Counted from the first letter of the stretch, positions 8,862 to 19,252 are shown. The stretch: 51,083 nt of DNA from Candidatus Kapaibacterium sp. (GCA_025055035.1 JANWZB010000006.1:1-51083); one strand, 5' to 3'. Notes: generated by a model not told the origin, from the sequence alone. A program made the numbers and translations.

Positions 8862-11285
8862 ATGAGAATTATCGATTGCGTTCCCGCACTGTGCTTTATC
8901 GTTTTGCTGCATATACCGGCGTTTACGTATGATCATTCCTGCGTAGCGTCAGCAGATACTGAAGCGCCATTTAAGGTCGGGTTAGAGGTTTTGCGCGACT
9001 TAGGCTTTGCTCCGCTTCAGGGCAAAAAGGTTGGTCTGATAGTGAATCATTCGGCGCAAACACGTGAAGGAGATCATGCTCTGGACATGTTGTATAAAGC
9101 GGGAATTGTTGTGCGATTGTTCGCTCCGGAGCATGGAATTCGAGGAACAAAAGATGAGCTCATCAATAGTAACGACATTGATTCTGCGACGGGTTTGCCA
9201 GTTATTTCTCTGTACACTGTTAAGAAAAAAGGTCCTTCGGCTGAAGATTTACGTGGTCTAGACGCACTCGTCTTCGACATTCAAGAAATTGGTGTTCGGT
9301 ACTATACGTATGCGACAACGCTTATCTATTGCATGAAGGCAGCTGCAGAAGCGGGAATTCCTATTTATGTGCTCGACCGTCCCAATATGGCTGCCCCGCT
9401 TGGTGTATACGGACCAATTCTTGAGAAAGAGTTTCACGGTGGATTTACAAGCTACTATCCTATTCCGATTGCGCATGGCATGACAATTGGTGAGCTTGCA
9501 CGGTTTTACAATGAAGAATTTGGTATTAAAGCAAAGCTACGCGTTGTGCCAATGCAGGGATACGACCGTACTAAATTCTACGATGAGCTTGGCTTTCCAT
9601 GGCGAAACCCTAGCCCGAATATTCGCGAAATGAATGCTGTGATTGGATATCATTGCTTAGGAATGCTCGAAGACATGACATGGAGTGTTGGTCGGGGCAC
9701 GCAAGCGCCATTTTTAACATACGGTGTAGCCCTTCCCAATACCGCAATGCAGGTAGGATTCAATTTCGTCAAAGCTCTGCAAAGCTATCGGCTGAGCGGA
9801 GTTGATGTGAACTTTGTGATGTTTAATCCAATATCCTCAAAGCTTCAGGGGCAAACATGTATGGGATTTCAGCTTGTCATTACCGATCGGCGAAGTATCA
9901 ATCCCATGCGTGTAATGCTAGCTGTCTTTCGCGAGGTGGTCAAGCTGTTCCCTGACTCGATTCGGAACAAGGAAATTGACCGCACTGCACGCAGTGTAGG
10001 AAGCCGTAAGCTTTTAGCAATGGTCAAAGCAGGGAAGAGTATTGACGAGATTGAGCGTACATTTCGTAAGGAAGCACAAGAGTTCGAGGAACGCTCACGG
10101 CGATACCACCTATACTCACCAGCAACTATAGGGCGCGTGATACAGTCACTATCGTTCGAGGATGCAGAGGCATCAGCAAATACCAAGAGCATCGAATATA
10201 CCGTACTGCCACCGTATGAGCAGGTGCATGTTCGTGTGAAGAAGGTCATAGAAGAAGCAATAGCTGACCAAGCATTCCCGGGTGCATCGGTAGGAATTTG
10301 GTATCGCGGTCGTGTGATTATGCGAGAAAGCTTCGGTACAATGAGCTATGCGCAGGACTCGCCTAAAACCCCACATGATGCAATCTATGACATGGCATCG
10401 CTGACTAAGGTTTTTGCGACAACGATGTGTATAATGAAGCTGTACGATGAAGGACGAATAAACCTGGAAGACAGCGTTGTGCAGTACATCCCTGAGTTTG
10501 CAGCACATGGTAAAGCACATATTCGTATAAAAAATCTGTTGCTGCACAATAGTGGTCTTGCAGCATTTCGCCCTTACGATTTGCGAGTGAAAGGTGCGGA
10601 AGAAGCAATGAAAGCGCTGTATACAGAAAAACTCGTCTATCCAACGGGAGACTCAACAGTGTATAGCGACTTGGGATTTATCCTGCTCGGCGAAATTATT
10701 CGTCGTATAACGGGAAAGGCACTCGATGTCTACTTTGCGGAGGTAATTGCTCGTCCTCTGGGGTTGGCGTCAACGGTCTTTAACCCCGACAGTGTATTAC
10801 GTCGCAGAGTAATGCCTACGGAACACGATACAACGTGGAAACAAGATTTTGCACGCCCTCTTGTTCATGACCCGCGAGCTGCGTTGCTGCATGGGGTAGC
10901 GGGTCATGCAGGATTGTTTTCTTCGCTCGATGATGTGCTGCGCATGATGCAAGTGCTTATTGAGCCTGAAAAGGTGGTAGTACAGGGAAAACCGTTGATT
11001 ATGCCTCAGACTGTTCGCCTGTTTACAACGCGCGCCAATGCAAAATCAAGCCGTGCTCTAGGGTGGGACACTAAAGCTCATGAACAGTGCTCGTGTGGAA
11101 ATCTATTCTCCCCATTATCGTTTGGGCATACAGGATTTACAGGAACAAGCGTGTGGTATGACCCAGAGCGAAAACTTGGAGTAGTCTTTCTCTCAAATCG
11201 TGTGCATCCTAGCTCGCAAAACATCAAAATTCGTGCTGTGCGCCCTTTGCTCCATGATACAATTGTCAAGGCTCTTGAGCAGTAA
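8862..11285 (+). CDS. Fusion of NamZ/DUF1343 exo-beta-N-acetylmuramidase and AmiE-like serine hydrolase (beta-lactamase class C fold)
   Basis: N-half: GLIVNHS, FAPEHG, FDIQEIGVRYYTY, VLDRPN, HGMTIGELA, PSPNI, GRGT. C-half: SxxK (ASLTK), LLHNSGL, YSDLGF, VHDP, GHAGLFS, GHTGFTGT. Start 8862 or 8796. Confidence 0.88.
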   Translation: MRIIDCVPALCFIVLLHIPAFTYDHSCVASADTEAPFKVGLEVLRDLGFAPLQGKKVGLIVNHSAQTREGDHALDMLYKAGIVVRLFAPEHGIRGTKDELINSNDIDSATGLPVISLYTVKKKGPSAEDLRGLDALVFDIQEIGVRYYTYATTLIYCMKAAAEAGIPIYVLDRPNMAAPLGVYGPILEKEFHGGFTSYYPIPIAHGMTIGELARFYNEEFGIKAKLRVVPMQGYDRTKFYDELGFPWRNPSPNIREMNAVIGYHCLGMLEDMTWSVGRGTQAPFLTYGVALPNTAMQVGFNFVKALQSYRLSGVDVNFVMFNPISSKLQGQTCMGFQLVITDRRSINPMRVMLAVFREVVKLFPDSIRNKEIDRTARSVGSRKLLAMVKAGKSIDEIERTFRKEAQEFEERSRRYHLYSPATIGRVIQSLSFEDAEASANTKSIEYTVLPPYEQVHVRVKKVIEEAIADQAFPGASVGIWYRGRVIMRESFGTMSYAQDSPKTPHDAIYDMASLTKVFATTMCIMKLYDEGRINLEDSVVQYIPEFAAHGKAHIRIKNLLLHNSGLAAFRPYDLRVKGAEEAMKALYTEKLVYPTGDSTVYSDLGFILLGEIIRRITGKALDVYFAEVIARPLGLASTVFNPDSVLRRRVMPTEHDTTWKQDFARPLVHDPRAALLHGVAGHAGLFSSLDDVLRMMQVLIEPEKVVVQGKPLIMPQTVRLFTTRANAKSSRALGWDTKAHEQCSCGNLFSPLSFGHTGFTGTSVWYDPERKLGVVFLSNRVHPSSQNIKIRAVRPLLHDTIVKALEQ

Positions 11286-11322
11286 GGCGCTAGTGTGAAA
11301 AAACCTCTCATTTGCCATTTAT

Positions 11323-12438
11323 ATGAAATCACCAGAACGCCTTGTGTCGCTTGATGCCTTCCGAGGTTTTACTGTTGCCGGTATGATTCTCGTGAATAGT
11401 CCGGGAAACTGGAAGGCTGTATATCCTCAACTTCTTCATGCGCAGTGGAATGGGTGGACTTTTACCGACTGGATTTTTCCGTTCTTTCTCTTTATTGTTG
11501 GTGTTTCGACAACGTACTCTATGGCGCACCGTGTGGAGCGTGGCGATAGTAAAGCAATGCTTCTGCGCCAAATTGTGCGTCGTGCGTCAATTATTTTTCT
11601 ACTTGGCTTGATTCTGAATATCGTACCACACTTCGCATTTGCAACGATGCGCATTCCCGGAGTGCTACAGCGCATTGCTCTTTGCTATGCAGGAGCCGCT
11701 GTTATTATGCTCTACGTCCGTCCTCGTGCTCAGGCGGTATGGATTGCTGCTCTGCTCATAGGCTATATGGTGGCAATGTATTGTATTCCTGTTCCGGGTC
11801 TTGGTGCAGGGCATATGGAGCCAGGTAAAAATCTTGCTGCGTACGTTGATTCTCTCATATTGTCGGGACATATGTGGTCGCAAACGAAAACGTGGGATCC
11901 TGAGGGTATCCTGAGCACATTTCCTGCACTTGCAACAACACTGTGCGGTTCTCTTACGGGATATATGCTGCGTTTGTCGCTGTCCCGATCTGAAAAGGCA
12001 GCATGGATGCTATTTTCAGGGTTTGTCTGTTTAGTCGTTGGGGGAGTATGGGATTGGTTCATGCCCATAAATAAAAGTCTATGGACAAGTTCATATGCTG
12101 TATTTATGGCTGGCTGGGCACTGTGTATGTTGGGTAGTTGCTATTGGCTCATAGATGTGCAAGGCTGGCAGCGTTGGGCAAAGTTCTTCGTTGTATATGG
12201 CATGAATGCCCTTGTTAGCTACTTTTTGTCAGTACTTGTCATGAAGCTTCTCGTGTTCTACACTATACCGTATGGTGGCAAGGAGGTTGCTTTGAAAAAT
12301 ATTCTGTACATGACTGTGTTTGAGCCACTGTTCTCTGATGCACGTAATGCTTCACTGGCATTTGCTATTGCATATAACATGGTGTTTTGGTGTATTGCAT
12401 ACATTCTGTATAAACGAGGCATTTTCATCAAGATTTAA
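11323..12438 (+). CDS. NagX / heparan-alpha-glucosaminide N-acetyltransferase-like membrane protein
   Basis: RLVSLDAFRG, HAQWNG, DWIFPFFLF, GVLQRIA, DPEGILST, PINKSLWTSSY. Confidence 0.88.
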   Translation: MKSPERLVSLDAFRGFTVAGMILVNSPGNWKAVYPQLLHAQWNGWTFTDWIFPFFLFIVGVSTTYSMAHRVERGDSKAMLLRQIVRRASIIFLLGLILNIVPHFAFATMRIPGVLQRIALCYAGAAVIMLYVRPRAQAVWIAALLIGYMVAMYCIPVPGLGAGHMEPGKNLAAYVDSLILSGHMWSQTKTWDPEGILSTFPALATTLCGSLTGYMLRLSLSRSEKAAWMLFSGFVCLVVGGVWDWFMPINKSLWTSSYAVFMAGWALCMLGSCYWLIDVQGWQRWAKFFVVYGMNALVSYFLSVLVMKLLVFYTIPYGGKEVALKNILYMTVFEPLFSDARNASLAFAIAYNMVFWCIAYILYKRGIFIKI

Positions 12439-12481
12439 GAGTGATGCGGTGCTTAAATGTGCCGTATTGAGAAAAGCCATT

Positions 12482-13282
12482 ATGCACTGGTTCTGGAAGG
12501 CATTGAGAAGACTCACGTTCACATTATTGGTAAAGGCAGCCGCATGCGGTATAGGAATTGTGCTATTGGCAGGATTTTCTGTACCGCTTGTTCCCAAAAC
12601 TGATGCACTACCACGCTACGTTGTAGAGCGAGTATGTGGAGATATTGTCATTGACGGCTATTTATCTGAAGAGTCGTGGAGACGTGCTGCAACTATGGGC
12701 AACTTTGTTCTATCTGATGGCTCAGGCGTACCACAATCCACAACACGAGCGACGATGCTATGGGATAGTACCTACTTATATGTGGGATTTGAATGCTACG
12801 ACACTGACATTATTGCAACAATGAAAAAACGCGATAGCAAGCTCTGGGAAGAAGAAGTAGTAGAATTGTTTCTTGCTCCGTCTGCGCCAGAGCAGCGTGG
12901 TTATACCGAAATAGAAATTAGCCCACTAAATACCGTTCTGGATTTGTATGTTCGCGAAGTGCGTGGAACGATGCCGATAGCACTGCCATACTCTACATAC
13001 AATCTTAGCATTCGTTCGGCGGTGCACGTGCGTGGAACGCCAAATATTTCGACAGATACTGATACGCTCTGGACGGTAGAAATCGCACTACCGTTAGAAG
13101 AGTTGCAACTTGTGAATCTGCCGCCAATAGCTGATGGAGACGTATGGAACGTGAATCTCTACCGCATCGAACGGTTTCCACGACGAGAACTGATTGCTTG
13201 GTCGCCGACAATGCAGAATAAATTCCATGTTCCTTCGCGCTTCGGCAGCGTTCTATTTTCTATGAAGCAAGTAGGTAAGTAG
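12482..13282 (+). CDS. CBM9-like (DOMON-type) carbohydrate-binding protein
   Basis: IDGYLSEESW, LWDSTYLY, VVELF, EIEISP, WTVEIALP, WSP...FHVP. N-terminal hydrophobic segment. Confidence 0.8.
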   Translation: MHWFWKALRRLTFTLLVKAAACGIGIVLLAGFSVPLVPKTDALPRYVVERVCGDIVIDGYLSEESWRRAATMGNFVLSDGSGVPQSTTRATMLWDSTYLYVGFECYDTDIIATMKKRDSKLWEEEVVELFLAPSAPEQRGYTEIEISPLNTVLDLYVREVRGTMPIALPYSTYNLSIRSAVHVRGTPNISTDTDTLWTVEIALPLEELQLVNLPPIADGDVWNVNLYRIERFPRRELIAWSPTMQNKFHVPSRFGSVLFSMKQVGK

Positions 13283-13347
13283 CAAAAACGAACTATCATT
13301 TCACTCATGCTGTTGTATGTGATTTAATTTATTGAAGAGTGTGCCTT

Positions 13348-15273
13348 ATGCAAATTCAGCCCGACCCCCAAGAACTGCGCCGTAAGGAGCGCATCCCAAC
13401 GCGTATTTTCGCAAGCTCTGTCGAAGCTTCTCTGGCTGTTGCTCAAGAGATTGCCCACCTTATTCGCGAAAAGGCAAAAATTGGCAAAAATGCTGTGCTC
13501 GGTTTAGCGACAGGTTCAACGCCTACGCGCGTTTATGCTGAACTTGTGCGTATGCACAAGGAAGAAGGATTAAGCTTTCGAAATGTGATAACATTCAATC
13601 TCGATGAGTACTTTCCTATGGAGCCCGACGCGCTGCAGAGCTATGTGCGATTTATGAACGAGCATTTATTCGACCATGTGGACATCCTACGAGAAAATGT
13701 TCATATTCCTGATGGACGGCTTGCTCCATCGCAGGTGCCAGCATTTTGTGAGTATTACGAGAAGGAGATTGAGCGTGTTGGGGGAATTGATATTCAAATT
13801 CTTGGGATTGGGCGCACAGGACACATTGGTTTCAATGAACCCGGCTCAGCTGCCGACTCACGAACACGCATGGTAACGCTCGACCGCATCACGCGCCTTG
13901 ACGCTGCAAGTGACTTCTTTTCAGAGGACAATGTTCCTCGCAGAGCAATTACGATGGGCATTGCAACGATAATGTCGGCACGGCGTATTATTCTAATGGC
14001 ATGGGGAGAAGGTAAAGCGCGTATTATCCAGCGGACTGTCGAGCATGAAGTAACCGATGCTGTGCCAGCAACATTTCTCCAGCGCCATTTTAACACACTT
14101 TTTGTTCTTGATGATGCGGCAGCTGCAGAACTCACGCGAGTAAAGACTCCATGGCTTATTGGTCCGTGCGAGTGGACGGAACAGCGCGTACGCTCTGCTG
14201 TCGTATGGCTCTGTCAGCAAGTTAAAAAGCCAATTTTGAAGCTTTCCGATGAAGATTACAATGAACATGGTATGGGTGACCTGCTGACAGCGCGCGGCAC
14301 GGCATATGATATTAACATTCACGTTTTTAATCAACTCCAGCGGACAATCACTGGATGGCCGGGTGGCAAGCCAAATGCCGATGATTCTCATCGGCCTGAA
14401 CGGGCAAAACCTTTCCCAAAAAGAGTTGTTATCTTTTCTCCACATCCCGACGACGATGTCATTTCTATGGGTGGCACATTTATTCGCCTTGCTGACCAAG
14501 GACATGAAGTACATGTTGCCTATCAAACATCGGGGAATATTGCTGTGTTCGATGATGATGCTATTCGCTTTGCGGATTTCGTTGTAGAAATGAACAAGCA
14601 CCTGGGCTTCAACACAAAAGAGTCAGAGAAATTCTATAAAAAAGTGCTAGACTTTCTGCACAAGAAGAAGCCGGGTCAGGTTGATTCACCCGAAGTACAG
14701 CAGATTAAAGCCTTGATTCGTCAGGGAGAGGCAAAAGCTGGTTGCCGCGCTTGTGGTATTCCCGACAGCAATGCACACTTCTTGAATATGCCTTTTTATC
14801 AGACAGGTACTATCAAGAAGAATCCGCTGGGTGAAGAAGACATTAAACTTGTGATGGATTTGCTGAACAAAATCAAGCCACATCAAATCTATGCAGCAGG
14901 CGACCTTTCCGACCCACACGGTACGCATAGAGTATGCTTAGCAGCAATTATGGAGGCGGTAAAGCGCATCAAAGCAAGTAATGCACGCTGGATTAACGAT
15001 TGTTGGGTATGGCTGTATCGCGGTGCATGGCAGGAATGGGGAATAGACCAAATCGAAATGGCTGTTCCTCTATCGCCACAAGAAGTGATGCGGAAGCGCA
15101 AAGCCATTTTCAAGCATCAGTCCCAAAAAGACGCAGCAATGTTCCCCGGTGCGGATAAACGTGAGTTCTGGCAGCGCGCTGAAGACCGCAATCGTGCTAC
15201 AGCAGAACTGTACGATGCTCTCGGGCTTGCAGAGTATGAGGCTATTGAAGGCTTTGTGCGCTGGCACTTTTAG
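13348..15273 (+). CDS. nagB: Glucosamine-6-phosphate deaminase fused to a PIG-L/LmbE deacetylase-like domain
   Basis: GLATGSTP, FNLDEY, GIGRTGHIGFNEPGS; C-terminal FSPHPDDD, DPHGTH, HQSQ. Confidence 0.92.
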   Translation: MQIQPDPQELRRKERIPTRIFASSVEASLAVAQEIAHLIREKAKIGKNAVLGLATGSTPTRVYAELVRMHKEEGLSFRNVITFNLDEYFPMEPDALQSYVRFMNEHLFDHVDILRENVHIPDGRLAPSQVPAFCEYYEKEIERVGGIDIQILGIGRTGHIGFNEPGSAADSRTRMVTLDRITRLDAASDFFSEDNVPRRAITMGIATIMSARRIILMAWGEGKARIIQRTVEHEVTDAVPATFLQRHFNTLFVLDDAAAAELTRVKTPWLIGPCEWTEQRVRSAVVWLCQQVKKPILKLSDEDYNEHGMGDLLTARGTAYDINIHVFNQLQRTITGWPGGKPNADDSHRPERAKPFPKRVVIFSPHPDDDVISMGGTFIRLADQGHEVHVAYQTSGNIAVFDDDAIRFADFVVEMNKHLGFNTKESEKFYKKVLDFLHKKKPGQVDSPEVQQIKALIRQGEAKAGCRACGIPDSNAHFLNMPFYQTGTIKKNPLGEEDIKLVMDLLNKIKPHQIYAAGDLSDPHGTHRVCLAAIMEAVKRIKASNARWINDCWVWLYRGAWQEWGIDQIEMAVPLSPQEVMRKRKAIFKHQSQKDAAMFPGADKREFWQRAEDRNRATAELYDALGLAEYEAIEGFVRWHF

Positions 15274-15305
15274 AGCAAACTCTTAGAAATCGGTTGAGTA
15301 CAGAC

Positions 15306-16289
15306 ATGGTTAATACCCATGCTAAGCAATACGACGTCATCATTGTTGGGGCAGGTCCGACAGGACTTGCCTGTGCTATCGAAGCACATAAAGTTGGACT
15401 CTCGTACGTTGTGATTGAACAGGGCGGAATTACCGATGCAATTCGGCGCTTTCCCGTGAACATGACGTTTTTTTCGACGCCCGAACTTCTTGCGCTCGAT
15501 AACCTGCCTTTTACAACAACACATTTGCGACCTACACGTGCAGAAGCTCTCCAGTACTACCGTAACGTCGTTACATATTATGGGCTGCACCTCATGCTGC
15601 ACACAATGGTGCATTCCATACAACGAATGCCAGAAGGCGTATTTAGTGTGGAGACTGCTAGAGCAACAATACGTGCACAGCGAGTGATTGTAGCAACAGG
15701 ATATTTTGATGCAACAAATCGACTTGATGTTGAAGGTGAGGACTTACCACACGTCTCTCACTACTATGACGAGCCATTCCGGTATGCACTGTGTGATGTT
15801 GTTGTAGTAGGTGGCAGGAATTCTGCTGTTGAGGCAGCTCTCGATCTGTGGCGGCATGGGGCGCGTGTAACACTCGTGCATCGCAAGCCAGAACTTGGGC
15901 TCTCAGTAAAGTACTGGATACGTCCCGATATAGAAAACCGTATAAAATATGGCGAGATTGCTGCGCGCTTTAACACTGTTGTGCAGCGCATAGAACCTCA
16001 TGCTGTGCATGTGCAAAACCTTGAGACAAGAAAGCAAGAAGTGTTGGCAGCGGACTTCGTTTTTCTCTTGATAGGATACCGTCCTGACGAACGGCTTCTG
16101 CGCAGCGCAGGTGTAGAACTTTCCGGTAACCTTATTCCTGTATACAACCCTGAGACGTTCGAAACCAATGTTCCCGGTCTGTACGTTGCAGGTTCGGTGC
16201 TGTGCGGGTGTGAAACATGGAGTATTTTTATTGAGAATGGGCGTAATCATGCAAAGCCTATCATAGAGCACATACGCAAAACCTTGTAA
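15306..16289 (+). CDS. YpdA-family FAD-dependent oxidoreductase (putative bacillithiol disulfide reductase)
   Basis: VGAGPTGL, FPVNMTFFSTPELL, PTRAEALQYY, ATGYFD, GGRNSAV, GYRPD, FIENGR. Confidence 0.85.
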   Translation: MVNTHAKQYDVIIVGAGPTGLACAIEAHKVGLSYVVIEQGGITDAIRRFPVNMTFFSTPELLALDNLPFTTTHLRPTRAEALQYYRNVVTYYGLHLMLHTMVHSIQRMPEGVFSVETARATIRAQRVIVATGYFDATNRLDVEGEDLPHVSHYYDEPFRYALCDVVVVGGRNSAVEAALDLWRHGARVTLVHRKPELGLSVKYWIRPDIENRIKYGEIAARFNTVVQRIEPHAVHVQNLETRKQEVLAADFVFLLIGYRPDERLLRSAGVELSGNLIPVYNPETFETNVPGLYVAGSVLCGCETWSIFIENGRNHAKPIIEHIRKTL

Positions 16290-16324
16290 CGTGATGCCAG
16301 TAGGCAGTACTAAGAAAAAAAACG

Positions 16325-18556
16325 CTATGGTACGACTAAGAATTTGTGCAGAAGTGGAGGCTCATGCGAAAGAAGGCAGCGGAGAAAGTAGGTACCGGGC
16401 GATAAGTTCAGAGAATGCTGAAAGCTGTGTAGTCCACTGGAGGCAAAGCCATGATAGAGCGTCTGGACATGCTGTCCCAGAGTGTTGACAATCTCAAGTG
16501 TGATAATGCCTTGATAAGATACAACAAGGTTAGTATGGAGTGCATCACTCCGCTGCAGGGGCGATGGATAGACTTCAGCATATGCAGAGCTTGCCATACG
16601 GCGAGGTCCGACAGTTGGCATCTTTTGGCATAGCAGATTATCTGCTTCATCAATGACTACAGAGTCGGGAAAGAATGGCAGGATGACTGTAAAGCTCTCG
16701 CGCCGATGATGCATGATCACTGTTCGCTTGATGCGCTGTGTGTCGCCTGTAGCGGTGTCGTATTTCCAAAAGGAAAGTTCGACGGGAAGATGAAACACTT
16801 TAGGAATATTGATACCCTCTTGTATTTGCTGAAGGGTACCGTGTATGGTGTACGTAGTGTTCGACGTGGTAGAGTAAGCCTGTGGTGCTAGGCGCCAGGA
16901 AGCTGTCAATATCGGCTCTCCACTGCAGTAGACCCATTCATGTAGAAATGTGTCTATCGAAACGGGAACAGGTGTATTACCACCAAGAACATCCTTGAAT
17001 GCTTGAGCAAAATCAGGTGTTGTTGCTGTACCAAAAGCATGACGTTGTAGGAAGAGGCGCATTGCGCGGAAGTACACACTATCACCATATATACGGCGGA
17101 GCATGTGATGAATCCATGCGCCCTTGCAGTATGTTGTGGCGTAATTGAAGATGATATCCATGCTTGTTGGCAAGTGTACGTACACGGTATGTAAGCGCGA
17201 AGCACTATTGAAATAATTTCTGCGAAATCCATACATTGCAACCATATTCCATGCACGCCCGCCCCACGATTCATACCATAATGCCTCGCTATATGTTGCT
17301 GTGCCTTCATTCAGCCAAATGTCGTGCCATGATGCGCATGTTACACTATTTCCGAACCATTGATGAGCAATTTCATGGGCTATTCCTGCCGATGATGAGC
17401 CCCGCAGCCATGCTCGATTAATAGTGGAAATGGTTTGGTGTTCCATACCGCCAGCCACAAACGGCTGAACAACAACATGCCCATAACTTTCGAAAGGATA
17501 TTCACCGAAATATCGAGCGTATGCTGCTATTGCTCCTGTGGTTATCTGAAAAGAGCGACGAACGTTATAGTTATGGTTATTGAGGGGTAAATCCGTATCA
17601 TCTTCTTGCCAGAAATAGTGCGTTATGGGGATACTATCATACGGAGCATTGCGTTTCCTGTACCATTCTCGATACATACTGTACCGTGAAGCTGTTACAG
17701 CTATCAGGTATGGAGCAATAGGGTGGATATGTTCCCAGATAAAGATTTCTCCACCTAGGGAGTCTTGGTAATGCTCGCGAAGAAGACCATTTGCAATGCC
17801 GAGAAATCCTCGCGGCACACGCACACTTATGCGAACAAACGCCTTGTCCGAAGGTGTGTCATTACATGGTATCCACCGGCGTGTTCCATAGGGCTGACTC
17901 ATAGTGTACGCAAGGCGTTCTGGTAGAAAAACTGAATCGTTTCCCGTACGGATAGCTCCCAAGCGACCTTGCCGATACAATAGAAAGCCTGTTCCATCTT
18001 CAGGATTGTGTGTGGAGATGTGAGTGAAATATAAACGAACAGCAATTGTATCTCGTACTCTTATATTGCGTTGTGGAATAAGGGTAACTCTATCGTCGAA
18101 CGTAGAGCTAAGAGCAATGTCAGCACGTGTGCTATCGATGTATGCAGAATCTATGCGTATATGACGGTGGTGAGCATCAAGCTCGATAAGAGGTTTAGGG
18201 GTTGTACGCAACGATGAGTCGAGAATAAGCTGTAGGTGCAGTGTTCCTGTGTACTGCCTATCTGCACCAGTTTCTAAAGTACTAGACAACGGGTGTACCC
18301 AGTCTAGTGATATGTTGTACTGTAGAACGTCGTATAAGCGGGGTGATATCCGTGCTGTTATGGAGGCACGAGAGTGTTTTTCAGCCGATTGGGTAAGTCT
18401 GCAGGCTTGTAGGCTGTAAGAATAGCACTTGCACTTGAATTCATGGTCAGGTTCTTGAAGATAAAGACTGGGGTGATACTGTGCATACACGTTTCCTAAT
18501 GACAGGCAAAGTAACACTATGAAAACATACCGGCAAATCGAGGAGAAAACGTTCAT
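16325..18556 (-). CDS. Secreted M1 aminopeptidase with T9SS-type C-terminal domain
   Basis: Signal peptide, GGMEHQ, HEIAHQWFG...WLNEG (HExxH-x18-E), YCKGAW; tail YPSP...NTLGQ...GTYFLR...KFLV. Confidence 0.88.
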   Translation of the reverse strand: MNVFSSICRYVFIVLLCLSLGNVYAQYHPSLYLQEPDHEFKCKCYSYSLQACRLTQSAEKHSRASITARISPRLYDVLQYNISLDWVHPLSSTLETGADRQYTGTLHLQLILDSSLRTTPKPLIELDAHHRHIRIDSAYIDSTRADIALSSTFDDRVTLIPQRNIRVRDTIAVRLYFTHISTHNPEDGTGFLLYRQGRLGAIRTGNDSVFLPERLAYTMSQPYGTRRWIPCNDTPSDKAFVRISVRVPRGFLGIANGLLREHYQDSLGGEIFIWEHIHPIAPYLIAVTASRYSMYREWYRKRNAPYDSIPITHYFWQEDDTDLPLNNHNYNVRRSFQITTGAIAAYARYFGEYPFESYGHVVVQPFVAGGMEHQTISTINRAWLRGSSSAGIAHEIAHQWFGNSVTCASWHDIWLNEGTATYSEALWYESWGGRAWNMVAMYGFRRNYFNSASRLHTVYVHLPTSMDIIFNYATTYCKGAWIHHMLRRIYGDSVYFRAMRLFLQRHAFGTATTPDFAQAFKDVLGGNTPVPVSIDTFLHEWVYCSGEPILTASWRLAPQAYSTTSNTTYTIHGTLQQIQEGINIPKVFHLPVELSFWKYDTATGDTQRIKRTVIMHHRRESFTVILPFFPDSVVIDEADNLLCQKMPTVGPRRMASSAYAEVYPSPLQRSDALHTNLVVSYQGIITLEIVNTLGQHVQTLYHGFASSGLHSFQHSLNLSPGTYFLRCLLSHEPPLLHKFLVVP

Positions 18557-18583
18557 GGCTAAAGAGCTCAAGCTTAGTTAGAA

Positions 18584-19252
18584 TTAGGCAGAGGATGGCT
18601 GTTTGTGCATGGACACAGGTGATTCATGATGTGGACAGTCGAGACGGATATCTGAGGAGTGCAGCGAGACATCAAGCAGTGTACAGTACGATTGATAGGG
18701 CGGTAAAGAGTGCATAGGATGCTGAGTGTGAAATCGACAAGTAAAGCATGTCCGCTGGATAGTAAGGAATCCTTGTTTGTGCAAAGACCGAATGATGGTG
18801 ATGAGGTACTCAAGTAATAGTTCTTGCTCTATGGGTGGCATTTCTGCAAGAGCATTGTGGAAGTACTGTGCGAAGACGGCAGTTGTGTTAGCAAGGCGCG
18901 TTCCATCTTCTGTGAGAAAGATTGTATAGCTGCGCGAATCTTGCAGCGACGATTCTTTACGTATCAACCCTTTTTCTTGTAGAGATTTGATTGCATCGCT
19001 AATAGTCGGCTTTGTCATATTAAACTCTTGTGCAAGATAGGAGACCGTACGCTGTTGTTGGGGTAAATGATACAAAAGGAATGTTAGTATCTGAATTTGT
19101 AGTGGCGATAAACCCGTTGTTTTGCTAGCTTGCCAGAGCATAACACGGAACGCTTCGGTAATACGCTCCAGAGCAAGGATAATTTTGCTAGCGGTATTCA
19201 GAGAGTTGTAATGTGGGTTGAATGTTGTTGCTGCGGGCTGAGTGCTTTTCAT
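18584..19252 (-). CDS. MarR-family winged-helix regulator with Cys-rich C-terminal tail
   Basis: GLSPLQIQIL, LAQEFNMTKPTISDAIKSLQEKGLI, DSRS...LTEDG; tail CFTCRF...YCTLL...DCPHH. Confidence 0.85.
   Translation of the reverse strand: MKSTQPAATTFNPHYNSLNTASKIILALERITEAFRVMLWQASKTTGLSPLQIQILTFLLYHLPQQQRTVSYLAQEFNMTKPTISDAIKSLQEKGLIRKESSLQDSRSYTIFLTEDGTRLANTTAVFAQYFHNALAEMPPIEQELLLEYLITIIRSLHKQGFLTIQRTCFTCRFHTQHPMHSLPPYQSYCTLLDVSLHSSDIRLDCPHHESPVSMHKQPSSA

Noticed and set aside
10200-11285. Beta-lactamase resistance gene (and likewise the MBL at 22588-23268)
   Set aside because: Fold similarity only; context and motifs fit an AmiE-like amidase and a generic MBL hydrolase.
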